Below are positions 1-9,158 of a stretch of DNA of 64,000 bases, one piece after another. Positions within the stretch are counted from its first letter, which is position 1. Every line of letters begins with the position of its first letter. The DNA is taken from positions 16,529-80,528 of the forward strand of contig CAYYZO010000006.1 of the NCBI GenBank assembly GCA_964476185.1, written 5' to 3'. The notes beneath the pieces were generated by a model. That model made no database searches, had not been told where the DNA came from, and saw only the letters and a list, made by a program, of their open reading frames with translations. A program made the translations under genes and the position numbers. The DNA is from an uncultured Myxococcales bacterium (lineage in GTDB: Bacteria; Desulfobacterota; Binatia; UBA1149; CAITLU01).

Positions 1-307
1 CGAGACGCTGACCGAGCTTTGCGACGTTTCCGACACCGGCACGGTCACGACGTGGACCTGGGTCGCCGAACCGCGCGCGAAGCACCCGATGCAGAAGGCG
101 TTCGCGTGGGCCCTGGTCCGGCTCGACGGCTCGTCCACGTCGATGCTGCACGCCGTGGACGCCGGTGACGAGGCGTCGATGCGGACTGGGATGCGCGTCA
201 AGGCGCGCTGGCGCGAAGAACGCGCCGGCATGATCACCGACATCGAGTGTTTCGTTCCGGTGAGCGGCGGGGCCGGCGCCGAATCGGCAGGGGGCGCGCA
301 AGCGTGA
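1..307 (+). CDS. DUF35/OB-fold protein (ChsH2 C-terminal-like), 3' fragment; the 5' end lies outside the window
   Basis: Frame 2 is open from nt 2. The translation ...GTVTTWTWVAEPRAKHPMQKAFAWALVRLDGSSTSMLHAVDAGDEASMRTGMRVKARWREE has the OB-fold signature of DUF35 thiolase-partner proteins. Stop is TGA at 305-307. Confidence 0.55.
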   Translation, partial: ETLTELCDVSDTGTVTTWTWVAEPRAKHPMQKAFAWALVRLDGSSTSMLHAVDAGDEASMRTGMRVKARWREERAGMITDIECFVPVSGGAGAESAGGAQA

Positions 308-822
308 CGGTGGACAAGGTGGACAAGAAGGAACTCCCGACTCCGCTCAAGATGATCACGACGCCGATCAGCCTGGACTTCACGATCACGCCGGGCGCGG
401 CGCCAGCGCGCTTCCTCAAGGGCATGATGGAGGGGCGCATCCTCGCCGAGCGCTGCCCGAAGTGCCGCAAGGTCTACATGCCGCCGCGAGGCTCGTGCGC
501 GACCTGCGGGATCCCGACCGAGGAACAGGTCGAGCTTTCGGCCAAGGGGACGGTCACGACGTTCTGCGTGGTGAACCTGCCGTTCTACGGACAGGCCGTC
601 GACATCCCGTACGTCTGCGCCTCCGTCGTCCTCGACGGAGCGGACCTGCCGTTCTTCTGCCTGCTCGCGGAATGCCCCGTCGAGGACGTCCGCATGGGCA
701 TGCGCGTCGAGGCGGTCTGGTGCGAGCCCGAGGAGCGCAAGCCCTCGCTCGAGAACATCAGGTACATGCGACCGACCGGAGAGCCGGACGCGCCGTACGA
801 GACCTACAAGGAGCACCTGTGA
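304..822 (+). CDS. DUF35 protein (rubredoxin-like Zn ribbon + OB-fold), SCP-x thiolase partner type
   Basis: Zn-ribbon CPKCRKVYMPPRGSCATCG is followed by an OB-fold (GTVTTFCVVN...MRVEAVW). GTG at 304 overlaps the upstream stop as GTGA; an alternative start is ATG 352. Stop 820-822 overlaps the next ATG. Confidence 0.7.
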   Translation: MTVDKVDKKELPTPLKMITTPISLDFTITPGAAPARFLKGMMEGRILAERCPKCRKVYMPPRGSCATCGIPTEEQVELSAKGTVTTFCVVNLPFYGQAVDIPYVCASVVLDGADLPFFCLLAECPVEDVRMGMRVEAVWCEPEERKPSLENIRYMRPTGEPDAPYETYKEHL

Positions 823-1889
823 TGCGCGAGATCGCGATCGTGTCGTTCGCGCAGGCCCGCAGCGTCCGCCGCGACATCCGCCACAACGAAGTCGAGATCC
901 TGATGCCGGTGGTCGCCGAGGCGGTCGCCTCCGCCGGCATCGAGCGCGACCGGATCGGCTTCACCATCTCGGGGAGCTGCGACTATCTCGCCGGGGCTCC
1001 GTTCTCGTTCGTGATGGCGCTCGACGGCGTCGGGGCGTGGCCGCCGATCGAGGAGTCCCACGTCGAGATGGACGGGGCCTGGGCGCTGGCGGAAGCCTGG
1101 ACCCGGCTTCAGCACGGGGACATCGACAGCGCCCTCGTGTACGGCTTCGGCAAGTCGTCGGTGGGTGAGTTGCCGGACGTGCTCACGTTGCAGCTCGATC
1201 CTTACCTGGTGGCTCCGCTTTGGCCCGACTCGATCAGCGTCGCGGCGCTGCAGGCGCGCGCGATGCTCGACGGGGGACTCGTGACGGAGCGGGCGATGGC
1301 CGAGGTGGCGGTGCGCAGCCGTCGCGACGCGAAGTCGAACCCGTACGCGCAACTCGCGGGCGATTTCGACGTCGACGCGCTCCTCGCCGAGCCGTGCATC
1401 TCATCCCCGTTGCGCCGTCACGACTGCGCGCCGATCTCCGACGGAGCCTCGGCCGTGGTGCTCGCGGCCGGGGATGTCGCCCGCGCCCTGTGCGAGAAGG
1501 CCGGTCGCACGCCCGCGTGGATCCGCGGCCTCGACCACCGCGTCGATGCGCAGAACCTCGGCCTTCGCGACCTCGCGACGTGTCCGTCGGCGCGTCTGGC
1601 GGGCGAGAAGGCCGGTGTCGGCAAGGGACCCGTGGACGTGGCCGAGATCTACGCTCCATTCTCGCACCAGGAGATCCTGCTGCGTCGCGAACTCGGGCTC
1701 GGCGAGAAGACGAAGATCAACCCGTCGGGCGGCGCGCTCGCCGCGAACCCGATGATGGCCGCCGGCTTGATCCGCATCGGCGAGGCCGCCTCGCACATCC
1801 ACCGCGGCGAGGCGCGTCGCGCCGTCGCCCATGCGACGTCCGGGCCGTGCCTGCAGCAGAACCTGGTTTGCGTCCTGGAGGGAGAGTGA
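822..1889 (+). CDS. SCP-x-type thiolase-like protein (lipid-transfer protein / Ltp-like)
   Basis: Translation MREIAIVSFAQARSVRR...CDYLAGAPF...DCAPISDGASAVVLAAGD...NPSGGALAANPMMAAGLIRIGEAASHI is the thiolase fold of the nsLTP/SCP-x subfamily. ATG 822 overlaps the preceding TGA. The N-terminal 120 aa of the track ORF are out-of-frame GC noise. Confidence 0.8.
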   Translation: MREIAIVSFAQARSVRRDIRHNEVEILMPVVAEAVASAGIERDRIGFTISGSCDYLAGAPFSFVMALDGVGAWPPIEESHVEMDGAWALAEAWTRLQHGDIDSALVYGFGKSSVGELPDVLTLQLDPYLVAPLWPDSISVAALQARAMLDGGLVTERAMAEVAVRSRRDAKSNPYAQLAGDFDVDALLAEPCISSPLRRHDCAPISDGASAVVLAAGDVARALCEKAGRTPAWIRGLDHRVDAQNLGLRDLATCPSARLAGEKAGVGKGPVDVAEIYAPFSHQEILLRRELGLGEKTKINPSGGALAANPMMAAGLIRIGEAASHIHRGEARRAVAHATSGPCLQQNLVCVLEGE

Positions 1890-3046
1890 TGGCCCGCTAT
1901 TGCGCCGTCGTCGGAATCGGCCAGACCCGTCATGCCGCCAAGCGCGGCGACCTCTCGATGGTCGGCCTCGTTCGCGAGGCGGCGCTCGCCGCCCTCGAGG
2001 ATTCGGGGCTCGACTGGAAGGACGTGGAGGCGCTCGTGATCGGCAAGGCGCCGGACATGTTCGAGGGCGTCATGCAGCCGGAGCTTTTCCTGGCCGACGC
2101 GCTCGGCGCGGCCGGCAAGCCGATGATCCGCGTGCACACCGCCGGCAGTGTCGGCGGCTCGACCGCGATCGTCGCGGCGCACCTCGTGCAGTCCGGGCAG
2201 TTCTCCCGCGTGCTGACCGTCGCGTTCGAGAAGCAATCCGAGAGCGAGGCGACCTGGGCGATCACGCCGAAGCTTCCGTTCCAGCCGCCGCTCGTCGCCG
2301 GCGCCGGCGGTTATTTCGCGCCGATCATCCGGGCGTACATCGACCGGTCGAAGGCGCCTGCCGACGTCGGCCTTCGCGTCGCCGTCAAGGACCGCCAGAA
2401 CGCGCTCCGCAACCCGTTCGCACACCTCCACCTTCCGGACATTGACATTGAGACGGTCGCGAACTCGCCGCTGCTCTGGGATCCGCTGCACTACCTTGAA
2501 TGCTGTCCGTCCTCGGACGGGGCCTGCGCGATGGTGCTGGCCGACGAAGCGTCCGCGCGCCGCGTCGAGAAGAAGCCGGCCTGGGTGCTCGGCACCGCGA
2601 TGCGCAGCGAGCCGACGATGTTTCCCGGTCGCAACCAGATCAATCCGCGCGCGGGACGCGAGTGCGCGGCCGCGGTGTACCGTCAGGCCGGGATCGACGA
2701 CCCGCGCAAGCAGATCGACTGCGCCGAGGTCTACGTCCCGTTCAGCTGGTACGAGCCGATGTGGATGGAGAACCTCGGCTTCGCCGAGCTGAACGAAGGC
2801 TGGAAGATGACGCTCGACGGCGTCACGGCGTTCGACGGCGCGCTGCCGATCAACCCGTCCGGCGGCGTGCTGTCGTCGAACCCGATCGGCGCGTCCGGGA
2901 TGCTTCGCTTCGCCGAGGCGGCGATGCAGGTTCGCGGCGCGGCCGGCGAGCACCAGGTCGACGGCGCGAGGATCGCGCTGGGCCACGCCTACGGCGGCGG
3001 ATCGCAGTTCTTCTCGATGTGGATGGTCGGCGCCGAGCGCCGCTGA
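1889..3046 (+). CDS. SCP-x-type thiolase-like protein (second paralog)
   Basis: Translation MARYCAVVGIGQTRHAAK...CCPSSDGACAMVLADE...NPSGGVLSSNPIGASGMLRFAEAAMQVRG. ATG 1889 overlaps the upstream TGA as TGATG. Confidence 0.8.
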   Translation: MARYCAVVGIGQTRHAAKRGDLSMVGLVREAALAALEDSGLDWKDVEALVIGKAPDMFEGVMQPELFLADALGAAGKPMIRVHTAGSVGGSTAIVAAHLVQSGQFSRVLTVAFEKQSESEATWAITPKLPFQPPLVAGAGGYFAPIIRAYIDRSKAPADVGLRVAVKDRQNALRNPFAHLHLPDIDIETVANSPLLWDPLHYLECCPSSDGACAMVLADEASARRVEKKPAWVLGTAMRSEPTMFPGRNQINPRAGRECAAAVYRQAGIDDPRKQIDCAEVYVPFSWYEPMWMENLGFAELNEGWKMTLDGVTAFDGALPINPSGGVLSSNPIGASGMLRFAEAAMQVRGAAGEHQVDGARIALGHAYGGGSQFFSMWMVGAERR

Positions 3047-3066
3047 ACGAGCGACGGAGACGGCCG

Positions 3067-4686
3067 GTGGAACTCAACCTGGCGGACCTGTTCGAACTGG
3101 TCGTGGATACGGCGCCGGAGCGCGAGGCGCTCGTCTGCGCCGAGCGGCGCTTCACGTACGAGGAACTCGACCGCGAGGCGAACCGGCTCGCGCACTTCCT
3201 CCGCGACCGGGGCGTGAAGCCCGGCGAGCACGTCGGCATGTACCTCTACAACTGCCACGAGTACCTCGTGGCGATGCTGGCCGCGTTCAAGATCCGCGCC
3301 GTGCCGGTCAACGTGAACTACCGGTACGTCGAGGAGGAACTCGCCTACCTGCTGAACGACAGCGACCTGGTCGCGCTGTTCTACCAGCGCGAGCTCGCCG
3401 ATCGTCTCGCCGCCGTGCGCGCGAACGCGCCGAAGATCCGGGTGCTCGTCGAGGTCGACGACGCGAGCCCGCGCGCAGGCGTGCAGGAGGGCGCGGTGCG
3501 CTACGACGACGCGCTGGCCTCGTCTAGCCCCGAGCGCGGCTTCGAGCCGAGGTCCGGCAAGGATCTCTACATCATCTACACGGGCGGGACGACGGGCATG
3601 CCGAAGGGCGTCCTGTGGCGCCACGAGGACGTGCTCTACGCCGGACTCCAGGGCGGCAACCCGGGCGGAACGCCGATCGAGCGCGGCGAGCAGATCGCCG
3701 ACGTCGTCCGGAACGGACTCGCGCTGACCTTCCTGCCCGCGGCCCCGCTCATCCACGGCGCGGCGGAATGGGCGTCGTTGATCGCGTTCTTCGGCGGCGG
3801 GAAGTGCGTCCTGCAGCGCGGGAAGAGCTTCGATCCGAGGACGGTGGCGCGCCTGATCCGTGACGAGAAGGTCAATACGTTGACGCTCGTCGGTGACGCG
3901 ATGGCGCGGCCGCTGGCCGAGGCCATCGCGGAGATGGGCGACGAGGCCGACACGTCGACGGTGTTCGTCATCGGCTCGGCCGGCGCCGTGCTTTCCGAAG
4001 CCGTCAAGGAGCAGCTGCGCGCCGCGATCCCGTCGACGATGATCGTCGACAGCTTCGGCGCGACCGAGACCGGCCACCAGGGGCAGATGGCGCCGGGAAC
4101 CGGGCACGGCGCCGGGCAGAGCCCGCTCTTCTACATGAACGACACGAACTGCGTCCTCGACGAGAATCGCGTGCCCGTGGCTCCCGGAAGCGGCGTGGTC
4201 GGCAAGCTCGCGCGCCGCGGCCACATCCCGGTCGGTTACTACAACGACCCGGAGAAGACCGCCGCGACGTTCTTCGAGATCGACGGGGTGCGCTGGGTGA
4301 TGCCCGGCGACCTCGCGACGGTCGAGGCCGACGGCAGCATTCGCGTGTTCGGTCGCGGCTCGGTCTGCATCAACAGCGGCGGCGAGAAGATCTTCCCGGA
4401 GGAAGTCGAAGCCGCCCTCAAGGCGCACCCGGACGTGCTCGACGCCGTCGTCGTCGGCATCCCCGACGAGCGCTGGGGACAGCGCGTCGCGGCGCTCGTG
4501 CAGCCTCGGCCCGGAGCGGCGCCGACGGTCGAAGAGCTGGACCGGCACTGCCGCACGAAAGTCGCCGGCTACAAGGTCCCGCGCTTCGTCAGCTTCGTCG
4601 ACCAGGTCGCGCGCCAGCCGAGCGGCAAGCCGGATTACCGCTGGGCCGCGAGCTGCGCCGCCGAGCGCGCCGCGTCCGGATCCTGA
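3067..4686 (+). CDS. AMP-dependent acyl-CoA synthetase/ligase (FadD3/FadD19-like)
   Basis: AMP-binding motif YIIYTGGTTGMPKGV is present, with C-terminal GYKVPRFVSFVDQVARQPSGKPDYR. GTG 3067 (VELNLADLFELV) is chosen over the GC-noise N-terminus of the 728-aa track ORF. Confidence 0.85.
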   Translation: MELNLADLFELVVDTAPEREALVCAERRFTYEELDREANRLAHFLRDRGVKPGEHVGMYLYNCHEYLVAMLAAFKIRAVPVNVNYRYVEEELAYLLNDSDLVALFYQRELADRLAAVRANAPKIRVLVEVDDASPRAGVQEGAVRYDDALASSSPERGFEPRSGKDLYIIYTGGTTGMPKGVLWRHEDVLYAGLQGGNPGGTPIERGEQIADVVRNGLALTFLPAAPLIHGAAEWASLIAFFGGGKCVLQRGKSFDPRTVARLIRDEKVNTLTLVGDAMARPLAEAIAEMGDEADTSTVFVIGSAGAVLSEAVKEQLRAAIPSTMIVDSFGATETGHQGQMAPGTGHGAGQSPLFYMNDTNCVLDENRVPVAPGSGVVGKLARRGHIPVGYYNDPEKTAATFFEIDGVRWVMPGDLATVEADGSIRVFGRGSVCINSGGEKIFPEEVEAALKAHPDVLDAVVVGIPDERWGQRVAALVQPRPGAAPTVEELDRHCRTKVAGYKVPRFVSFVDQVARQPSGKPDYRWAASCAAERAASGS

Positions 4687-4742
4687 ACCCGCGCGACGCG
4701 TTTCCCGCGTCGCGACGACCGAGCACCGGAGGAACGATCGCC

Positions 4743-5555
4743 GTGTCCGAACAGCCAGCCCTTCTCGTCGAACGCGACGGCCACGTCGTGACCGTCACGA
4801 TGAACCGCCCCGAAGCGCGCAACGCGCTGAACCCGGAGATGATCTGTCGGCTTGCCGATGCGTGGGACCTGATCGACGACGACGACGACGTTCGCGTCGC
4901 GATCCTCACCGGCTCCCACGGCCATTTCTGCGCCGGCGCCGACCTCGACAAGCTCGTCTCGCGCTCGCTCAAGGGCCTCCCGCCCGAGAACGTGTGGGAG
5001 GAGCGCATCCGCGACAACTACCAGGTGATCTTCCGGGGCCTGCTCCGCACCCGCCGCACGGTGAAGCCGCTGATCGCGGCCATCGAGGGCTCCTGCATCG
5101 CCGGCGGCGTCGAGATCCTGCAGGCCACCGACATCCGGGTGGCCGCCGAGGGCGCGAAGCTGGGCGTTTCCGAAGTCCGCTGGGGCCTGTTCCCGCAAGG
5201 CGGGAGCACGACGCGACTGCCACGCCAGATCCCGTTCACCCGCGCGATGGAAGTGCTGCTGACCGGAGACCACTACAGCGCCGGCGAAGCGCTCGAGATG
5301 GGCCTCATCGGCCGTGTCGTGCCCGACGGGCAGGCGCTCGCGAAGGCGCGCGAGATCGCCGGCCGCATCGCCGAGAACGGCCCGGTCGCCGTGCGGAACA
5401 TCAAGCGCGCGGTGCTCGAGGTCGAGGGCATGACCGAGGACGATGCCCGGGAGGTCGAGATGCGACTCGGCATGGAGGTGTTCTCGACCGAGGACGCGAA
5501 GGAAGGGCCGCGCGCCTTCAAGGAAAAGCGCAAGCCCGAGTTCAAGGGCCGCTGA
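4743..5555 (+). CDS. enoyl-CoA hydratase/isomerase (crotonase family)
   Basis: Translation VTVTMNRPEARNALNPEM...HFCAGADLDKL...AAIEGSCIAGGVEILQATDIRVAAEGAKLG carries the crotonase oxyanion-hole motifs. GTG start at 4743. Confidence 0.85.
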   Translation: MSEQPALLVERDGHVVTVTMNRPEARNALNPEMICRLADAWDLIDDDDDVRVAILTGSHGHFCAGADLDKLVSRSLKGLPPENVWEERIRDNYQVIFRGLLRTRRTVKPLIAAIEGSCIAGGVEILQATDIRVAAEGAKLGVSEVRWGLFPQGGSTTRLPRQIPFTRAMEVLLTGDHYSAGEALEMGLIGRVVPDGQALAKAREIAGRIAENGPVAVRNIKRAVLEVEGMTEDDAREVEMRLGMEVFSTEDAKEGPRAFKEKRKPEFKGR

Positions 5556-5616
5556 CGGACCGCCGCGCACGACCGGTCCGCGGCGTCGGTTCCGGGGGCA
5601 GGGGGGCAGTCGCGGC

Positions 5617-6765
5617 CTATCCGGGCGAGAGCGCCCGTCGCACGAGCGGCACGAGCCGGCGGACGCCGAGCGGCGAGGGGTGCGAGTGGTCGACGTAGAG
5701 CGCCAGCGCCGCGAACTGCGTGCCGCGCCGAGCCTGTTCCCGCGTGGTGATGTCGAGGAAATCGATCACGCCGAAATCCGCCTCGCGCGCGAGCCGCAGG
5801 AGCTCGTGCTTCTCGTCGCGGTACGTCGGGAACCCGTGGTGCTCGTGGCCGCGCACGCGCGTGAGCTCGGGAACCGTGTTGTAGATGTACGGGGCGTACA
5901 GCACGGTGACGCGCCGGGCGGATTCCCTGGTGCGAAAGTCGCGCAGCCAGGCGACGATCTCGGCGGGACGGCCGTACGGCTCGTCCGCCGACCAGTCGTT
6001 CTCGCAAAGCACGTACAGGATCTGGTCGATCCGTCCCCGGTACTGCCCTGCCGCCCGCTCGAGCGCGCAGACCACGTCGGCCGCCTTCGCGCCGGCGATG
6101 CCGAGGTTCACGTATCGGCGCCCGGGATCCCGCTGCTGCAGTCGTGAGGCGAGCGTCTCGCTGTCGTCGAGCATGGCGCCGTTGGCCACGCTGTCGCCGG
6201 CGACGAGCACGACGCGTTCGGCGTCGACCACGGGGAGCGTGAGGCGTTCCCCGCGGGCGTTCGTGGTGTGACGCACCCGGCGAAAGGCGTAACGCTGCAG
6301 GAACGCCTCGAGCTCCGCGGGAAGCTCGCGCGAACCGTCGTAGAAGAACGTCATCGGGTCGAACGGGTTGAACAGGTTCGTGCGCAGGAACCCGACGATC
6401 TTCGACAGGTTCGGCTTCTGCACGCGGCATGGGCCGTCGTCCGCGTTGATCGACATCTCCTCGGTCCGCAGTCGCGAGAACGGCGAGTTGCCGAGCCCCA
6501 TCCCGGATTCCTGCATGAGCGGCAGAAGGCGACGGATCCCGGCGACGCTCTCGAGCACGCGCGTCGATGCGTCGGACGGATCGGCGGGGCCGGGACCGTC
6601 GGTCGTCCTCACGCGCTCGCGCAGCGCCGACGCGAGGCTGGCCTCGGCACGAGATCCTCTCGCGAGCGCGGCGACTCCTTCGGCGAAGATCCACGCGATC
6701 GCCGCCGAGGCGACCGTGGCGGTGCACGCGAACAGCGCCCGCCGCAGGCCGGGCGGGGGCTTCAT
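5617..6765 (-). CDS. SGNH/GDSL-family hydrolase (esterase/acyl-esterase) with N-terminal transmembrane anchor
   Basis: Start MKPPPGLRRALFACTATVASAAIAWIF contains a TM helix. GDS(x) block VVLVAGDSVANGAML and a C-terminal DxxH-like region are present. ATG at 6765 overlaps the upstream GT4 stop as ATGA. The upstream 600 aa of the 981-aa track ORF are frame noise. Confidence 0.65.
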   Translation of the reverse strand: MKPPPGLRRALFACTATVASAAIAWIFAEGVAALARGSRAEASLASALRERVRTTDGPGPADPSDASTRVLESVAGIRRLLPLMQESGMGLGNSPFSRLRTEEMSINADDGPCRVQKPNLSKIVGFLRTNLFNPFDPMTFFYDGSRELPAELEAFLQRYAFRRVRHTTNARGERLTLPVVDAERVVLVAGDSVANGAMLDDSETLASRLQQRDPGRRYVNLGIAGAKAADVVCALERAAGQYRGRIDQILYVLCENDWSADEPYGRPAEIVAWLRDFRTRESARRVTVLYAPYIYNTVPELTRVRGHEHHGFPTYRDEKHELLRLAREADFGVIDFLDITTREQARRGTQFAALALYVDHSHPSPLGVRRLVPLVRRALSPG

Positions 6766-7994
6766 CGCGCGCCTCCCGTGGCGACGGCGGTCGGCGCGTC
6801 GGTCGCCTCGAGGGACGCGGTCGCGCCGGCGGCGCGGCGCAGCACTTCGAGGTAGCGGTCGACCGCGCGCGAGACGCCGAACTCGTCGGCGCGGGCGGCC
6901 AGCAGGCCCCTGGGAGGAGGTCGTTCGAGCACCGAGAGGATCGCGACGGCCAGCGCGTCGGCATCGCCGACCGGCACGAGAGGGCCGTACCGGCCGCCGT
7001 CGAGGATTTCCCGCGGGCCGCTCGGGCAGTCGGTGCTGGCGACGGGGCAACCGCAGGCCATCGCCTCGATCAGAACGCCGGGCAGGCCTTCCCACGCCGA
7101 CGACAACGCCAGGACCGCCGCCGCCGCGAAGTACGGCGCGGGCTCGCGGACGTATCCGGCGAAGTCCACGTCGGTTTCGATGCCGAGCTCGCGGGCGAGG
7201 GCCTTCAGCGCCGCGAGGCGCTTCGGTCGGTTCGCGCGGCCGAGGATCACCAGGCGCGTTTCGCGGACGGCGCGCACCTTCGCGAACGCTCGCAACAGGG
7301 TCGGGTAGTCTTTCTGGCGAACGAGTCGTCCGGCCGCGAGCACGACGGGCGGTTCTCCCGGCGCGAACCACGGATGCGCGAGCGGCTCGCACGCGCGTCG
7401 TCGCAGCGCGTCGGCAGGGATCGGGTTGTAGATCGTGACGATTCGCTCGCGGGGATAGCCGGTCGCGCGCGCGAGGTCGTCGCCGACTCCGGCGGAGACC
7501 GCGATGACGGCCCCGGCGTCGAAGTACAGCCGGCGAGCGAGCAGCCGGGCGAGGGGACGCTTCGCGGGCGGCGAGCCGTCGCCGCGATCGCGGGTGAGGT
7601 GGTTGCTGATGCGCAGCACGACGGGCACGTCGCTGCCTGCGAGCCGGCGCGCGAGCAGGGCCGGCGCGTGCACGTGGCTGGCCGCGGAGAGCAGCACGCG
7701 CGGCGGAGTCCGGCGCAATCGCCGCGCCAGCAGCGGCATGGCGAGCAGCAGCTGCACGCGACGCGGCAGGCGCGCGAGCGGATGGGCGCCGCGCCAGCGG
7801 GTGAGCTCGACGACGCGCACGCGCGCGTCGATCTCCCGTTCGAGCGGGCCTTCGGCGGTGACCATCCAGAGCTCGATCGCCAGCCCACGGCGCGCGAGCT
7901 CGTTGACCAGCGTGACGGTGCGCCGCTGCGCGCCGCCGCCGCTCGGGCTGTGAAGGAAAACGGCAGCATCGGCGGGCGATCCGCGCGAAGTCAT
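6762..7994 (-). CDS. GT4-family retaining glycosyltransferase (GT-B fold)
   Basis: N-terminal HSPSGGGAQRRTVTLVNELARRG, donor-binding GRLVRQKDYPTLLRAF and the EX7E region SSAWEGLPGVLIEAMACGCPVASTD. ATG 7994 overlaps the upstream GT4 stop (ATGA); stop 6762-6764 overlaps the SGNH ATG. Confidence 0.8.
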   Translation of the reverse strand: MTSRGSPADAAVFLHSPSGGGAQRRTVTLVNELARRGLAIELWMVTAEGPLEREIDARVRVVELTRWRGAHPLARLPRRVQLLLAMPLLARRLRRTPPRVLLSAASHVHAPALLARRLAGSDVPVVLRISNHLTRDRGDGSPPAKRPLARLLARRLYFDAGAVIAVSAGVGDDLARATGYPRERIVTIYNPIPADALRRRACEPLAHPWFAPGEPPVVLAAGRLVRQKDYPTLLRAFAKVRAVRETRLVILGRANRPKRLAALKALARELGIETDVDFAGYVREPAPYFAAAAVLALSSAWEGLPGVLIEAMACGCPVASTDCPSGPREILDGGRYGPLVPVGDADALAVAILSVLERPPPRGLLAARADEFGVSRAVDRYLEVLRRAAGATASLEATDAPTAVATGGAR

Positions 7995-9148
7995 GCGACG
8001 GCCCTCTGCAGGACGGCGAGATAGGCCTCGGCGACGCGGGCGACGTCGAACTCCGCTGCGCGGCGGCGCAGTCCGCCACGGTCGGGTCGCTGGTCGAGGG
8101 CGTCGTCGATCGCGGCCGCCAGCGCGCGAGGATCGCCGACCGGGACGAGCCGACCGTATCGTCCGTCGTCGAGGAACTCGCGCACGCCGCCCGGGCAGTC
8201 CGTCGCGACGACGGGGCAGCCGCACGCGAGCGCCTCGGCGATCGCGTTGCTGAATCCCTCCCAGCGCGAGGCGGATACGAACAGGTCCGCGCGCGCCATG
8301 CTCGCGAAGGGGTTGTCGTCGAAGCCGGCGAAGCGGACGGCCTCGGCGACGCCGAGATCGGCGGCGAGGGAGGTGAGGCGCGGCAACTGTTCGCCGGCGC
8401 CGAGCACGACCAGGCGGGCCGGGCGTCGCCGACGCAACTCCTGCAGCGCACGGAGCAGGGTTGGATAGTCTTTCTGGGACTTGAGCTTCCCGACGGCGAG
8501 CAGGACGGGTTCGCCGTCGTTTCTCGACCCGGCGGGCGAGGGGCCGCGGGAGAGCCACGCATGGGAGGGGGTTTCCCGCGCCAGCGCCGCGATGCGCGAG
8601 ACGGCGACCGGCGACGGGATCACGGTCACGAGGTCTCGAGACATTCCTGCGAACCCGATGGCGTCGTCCGCCACGGATCGGGCCAGCGCGATGGCCGCGT
8701 CGCATTGCGGGTACAGGCGGCGTACGAGTCGCGCGGCGGCGGGCCGGCCTTTCTCGGTCGTGGAGCGCGAGATCGGCATGTTGATCGAGATCACGATCGG
8801 CACGCGGGAAGCGGCGAGCTTGCGCGCCAGCAGTCCGGCGAGGTTCGCCGGCGTCGAGCTTCCGAGCAGGACGTCCGGTGGATCACGGCGCAGGACGCCG
8901 GCGAGCGCCGGCAGGCCGACGAGCATGCGCAGGCTCTTCCTGCGCTCGACGCCGGCGACGGCGCGCCGGGCGGCCCGCAGCGGGACGACGAGCGCTCCGT
9001 CCGGGACGAGACCCGCGAACCGACCGCGCGGGCTGCCGACGAGCAGCGAGACGCCATGCCCTCGACGTACGAACTCGCCGGCCAGCGTCAGCAGCCGCCG
9101 TTGTGCGCCGCCGCCGTCGAGTCCGGTCAGGAGGATCCCGATGCGCAT
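7991..9148 (-). CDS. GT4-family glycosyltransferase (tandem paralog of 6762-7994)
   Basis: Translation MRIGILLTGLDGGGAQRRLLTLAGEFVRRGHGV...GKLKSQKDYPTLLRAL...SRWEGFSNAIAEALACGCPVVATD. It is about 40% identical to the neighbouring GT4 by eye. Confidence 0.8.
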   Translation of the reverse strand: MRIGILLTGLDGGGAQRRLLTLAGEFVRRGHGVSLLVGSPRGRFAGLVPDGALVVPLRAARRAVAGVERRKSLRMLVGLPALAGVLRRDPPDVLLGSSTPANLAGLLARKLAASRVPIVISINMPISRSTTEKGRPAAARLVRRLYPQCDAAIALARSVADDAIGFAGMSRDLVTVIPSPVAVSRIAALARETPSHAWLSRGPSPAGSRNDGEPVLLAVGKLKSQKDYPTLLRALQELRRRRPARLVVLGAGEQLPRLTSLAADLGVAEAVRFAGFDDNPFASMARADLFVSASRWEGFSNAIAEALACGCPVVATDCPGGVREFLDDGRYGRLVPVGDPRALAAAIDDALDQRPDRGGLRRRAAEFDVARVAEAYLAVLQRAVA

Positions 9149-9158
9149 GGCACCGCGC

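Noticed and set aside
5617-8705. Track ORFs suggesting 981-aa and 647-aa proteins covering the SGNH and GT4 genes.
   Set aside because: Only the C-terminal parts have protein-like sequence. The N-terminal extensions are Arg-rich read-through of the upstream gene in another frame. Starts were reassigned to ATG codons that create ATGA overlaps with the upstream stops.
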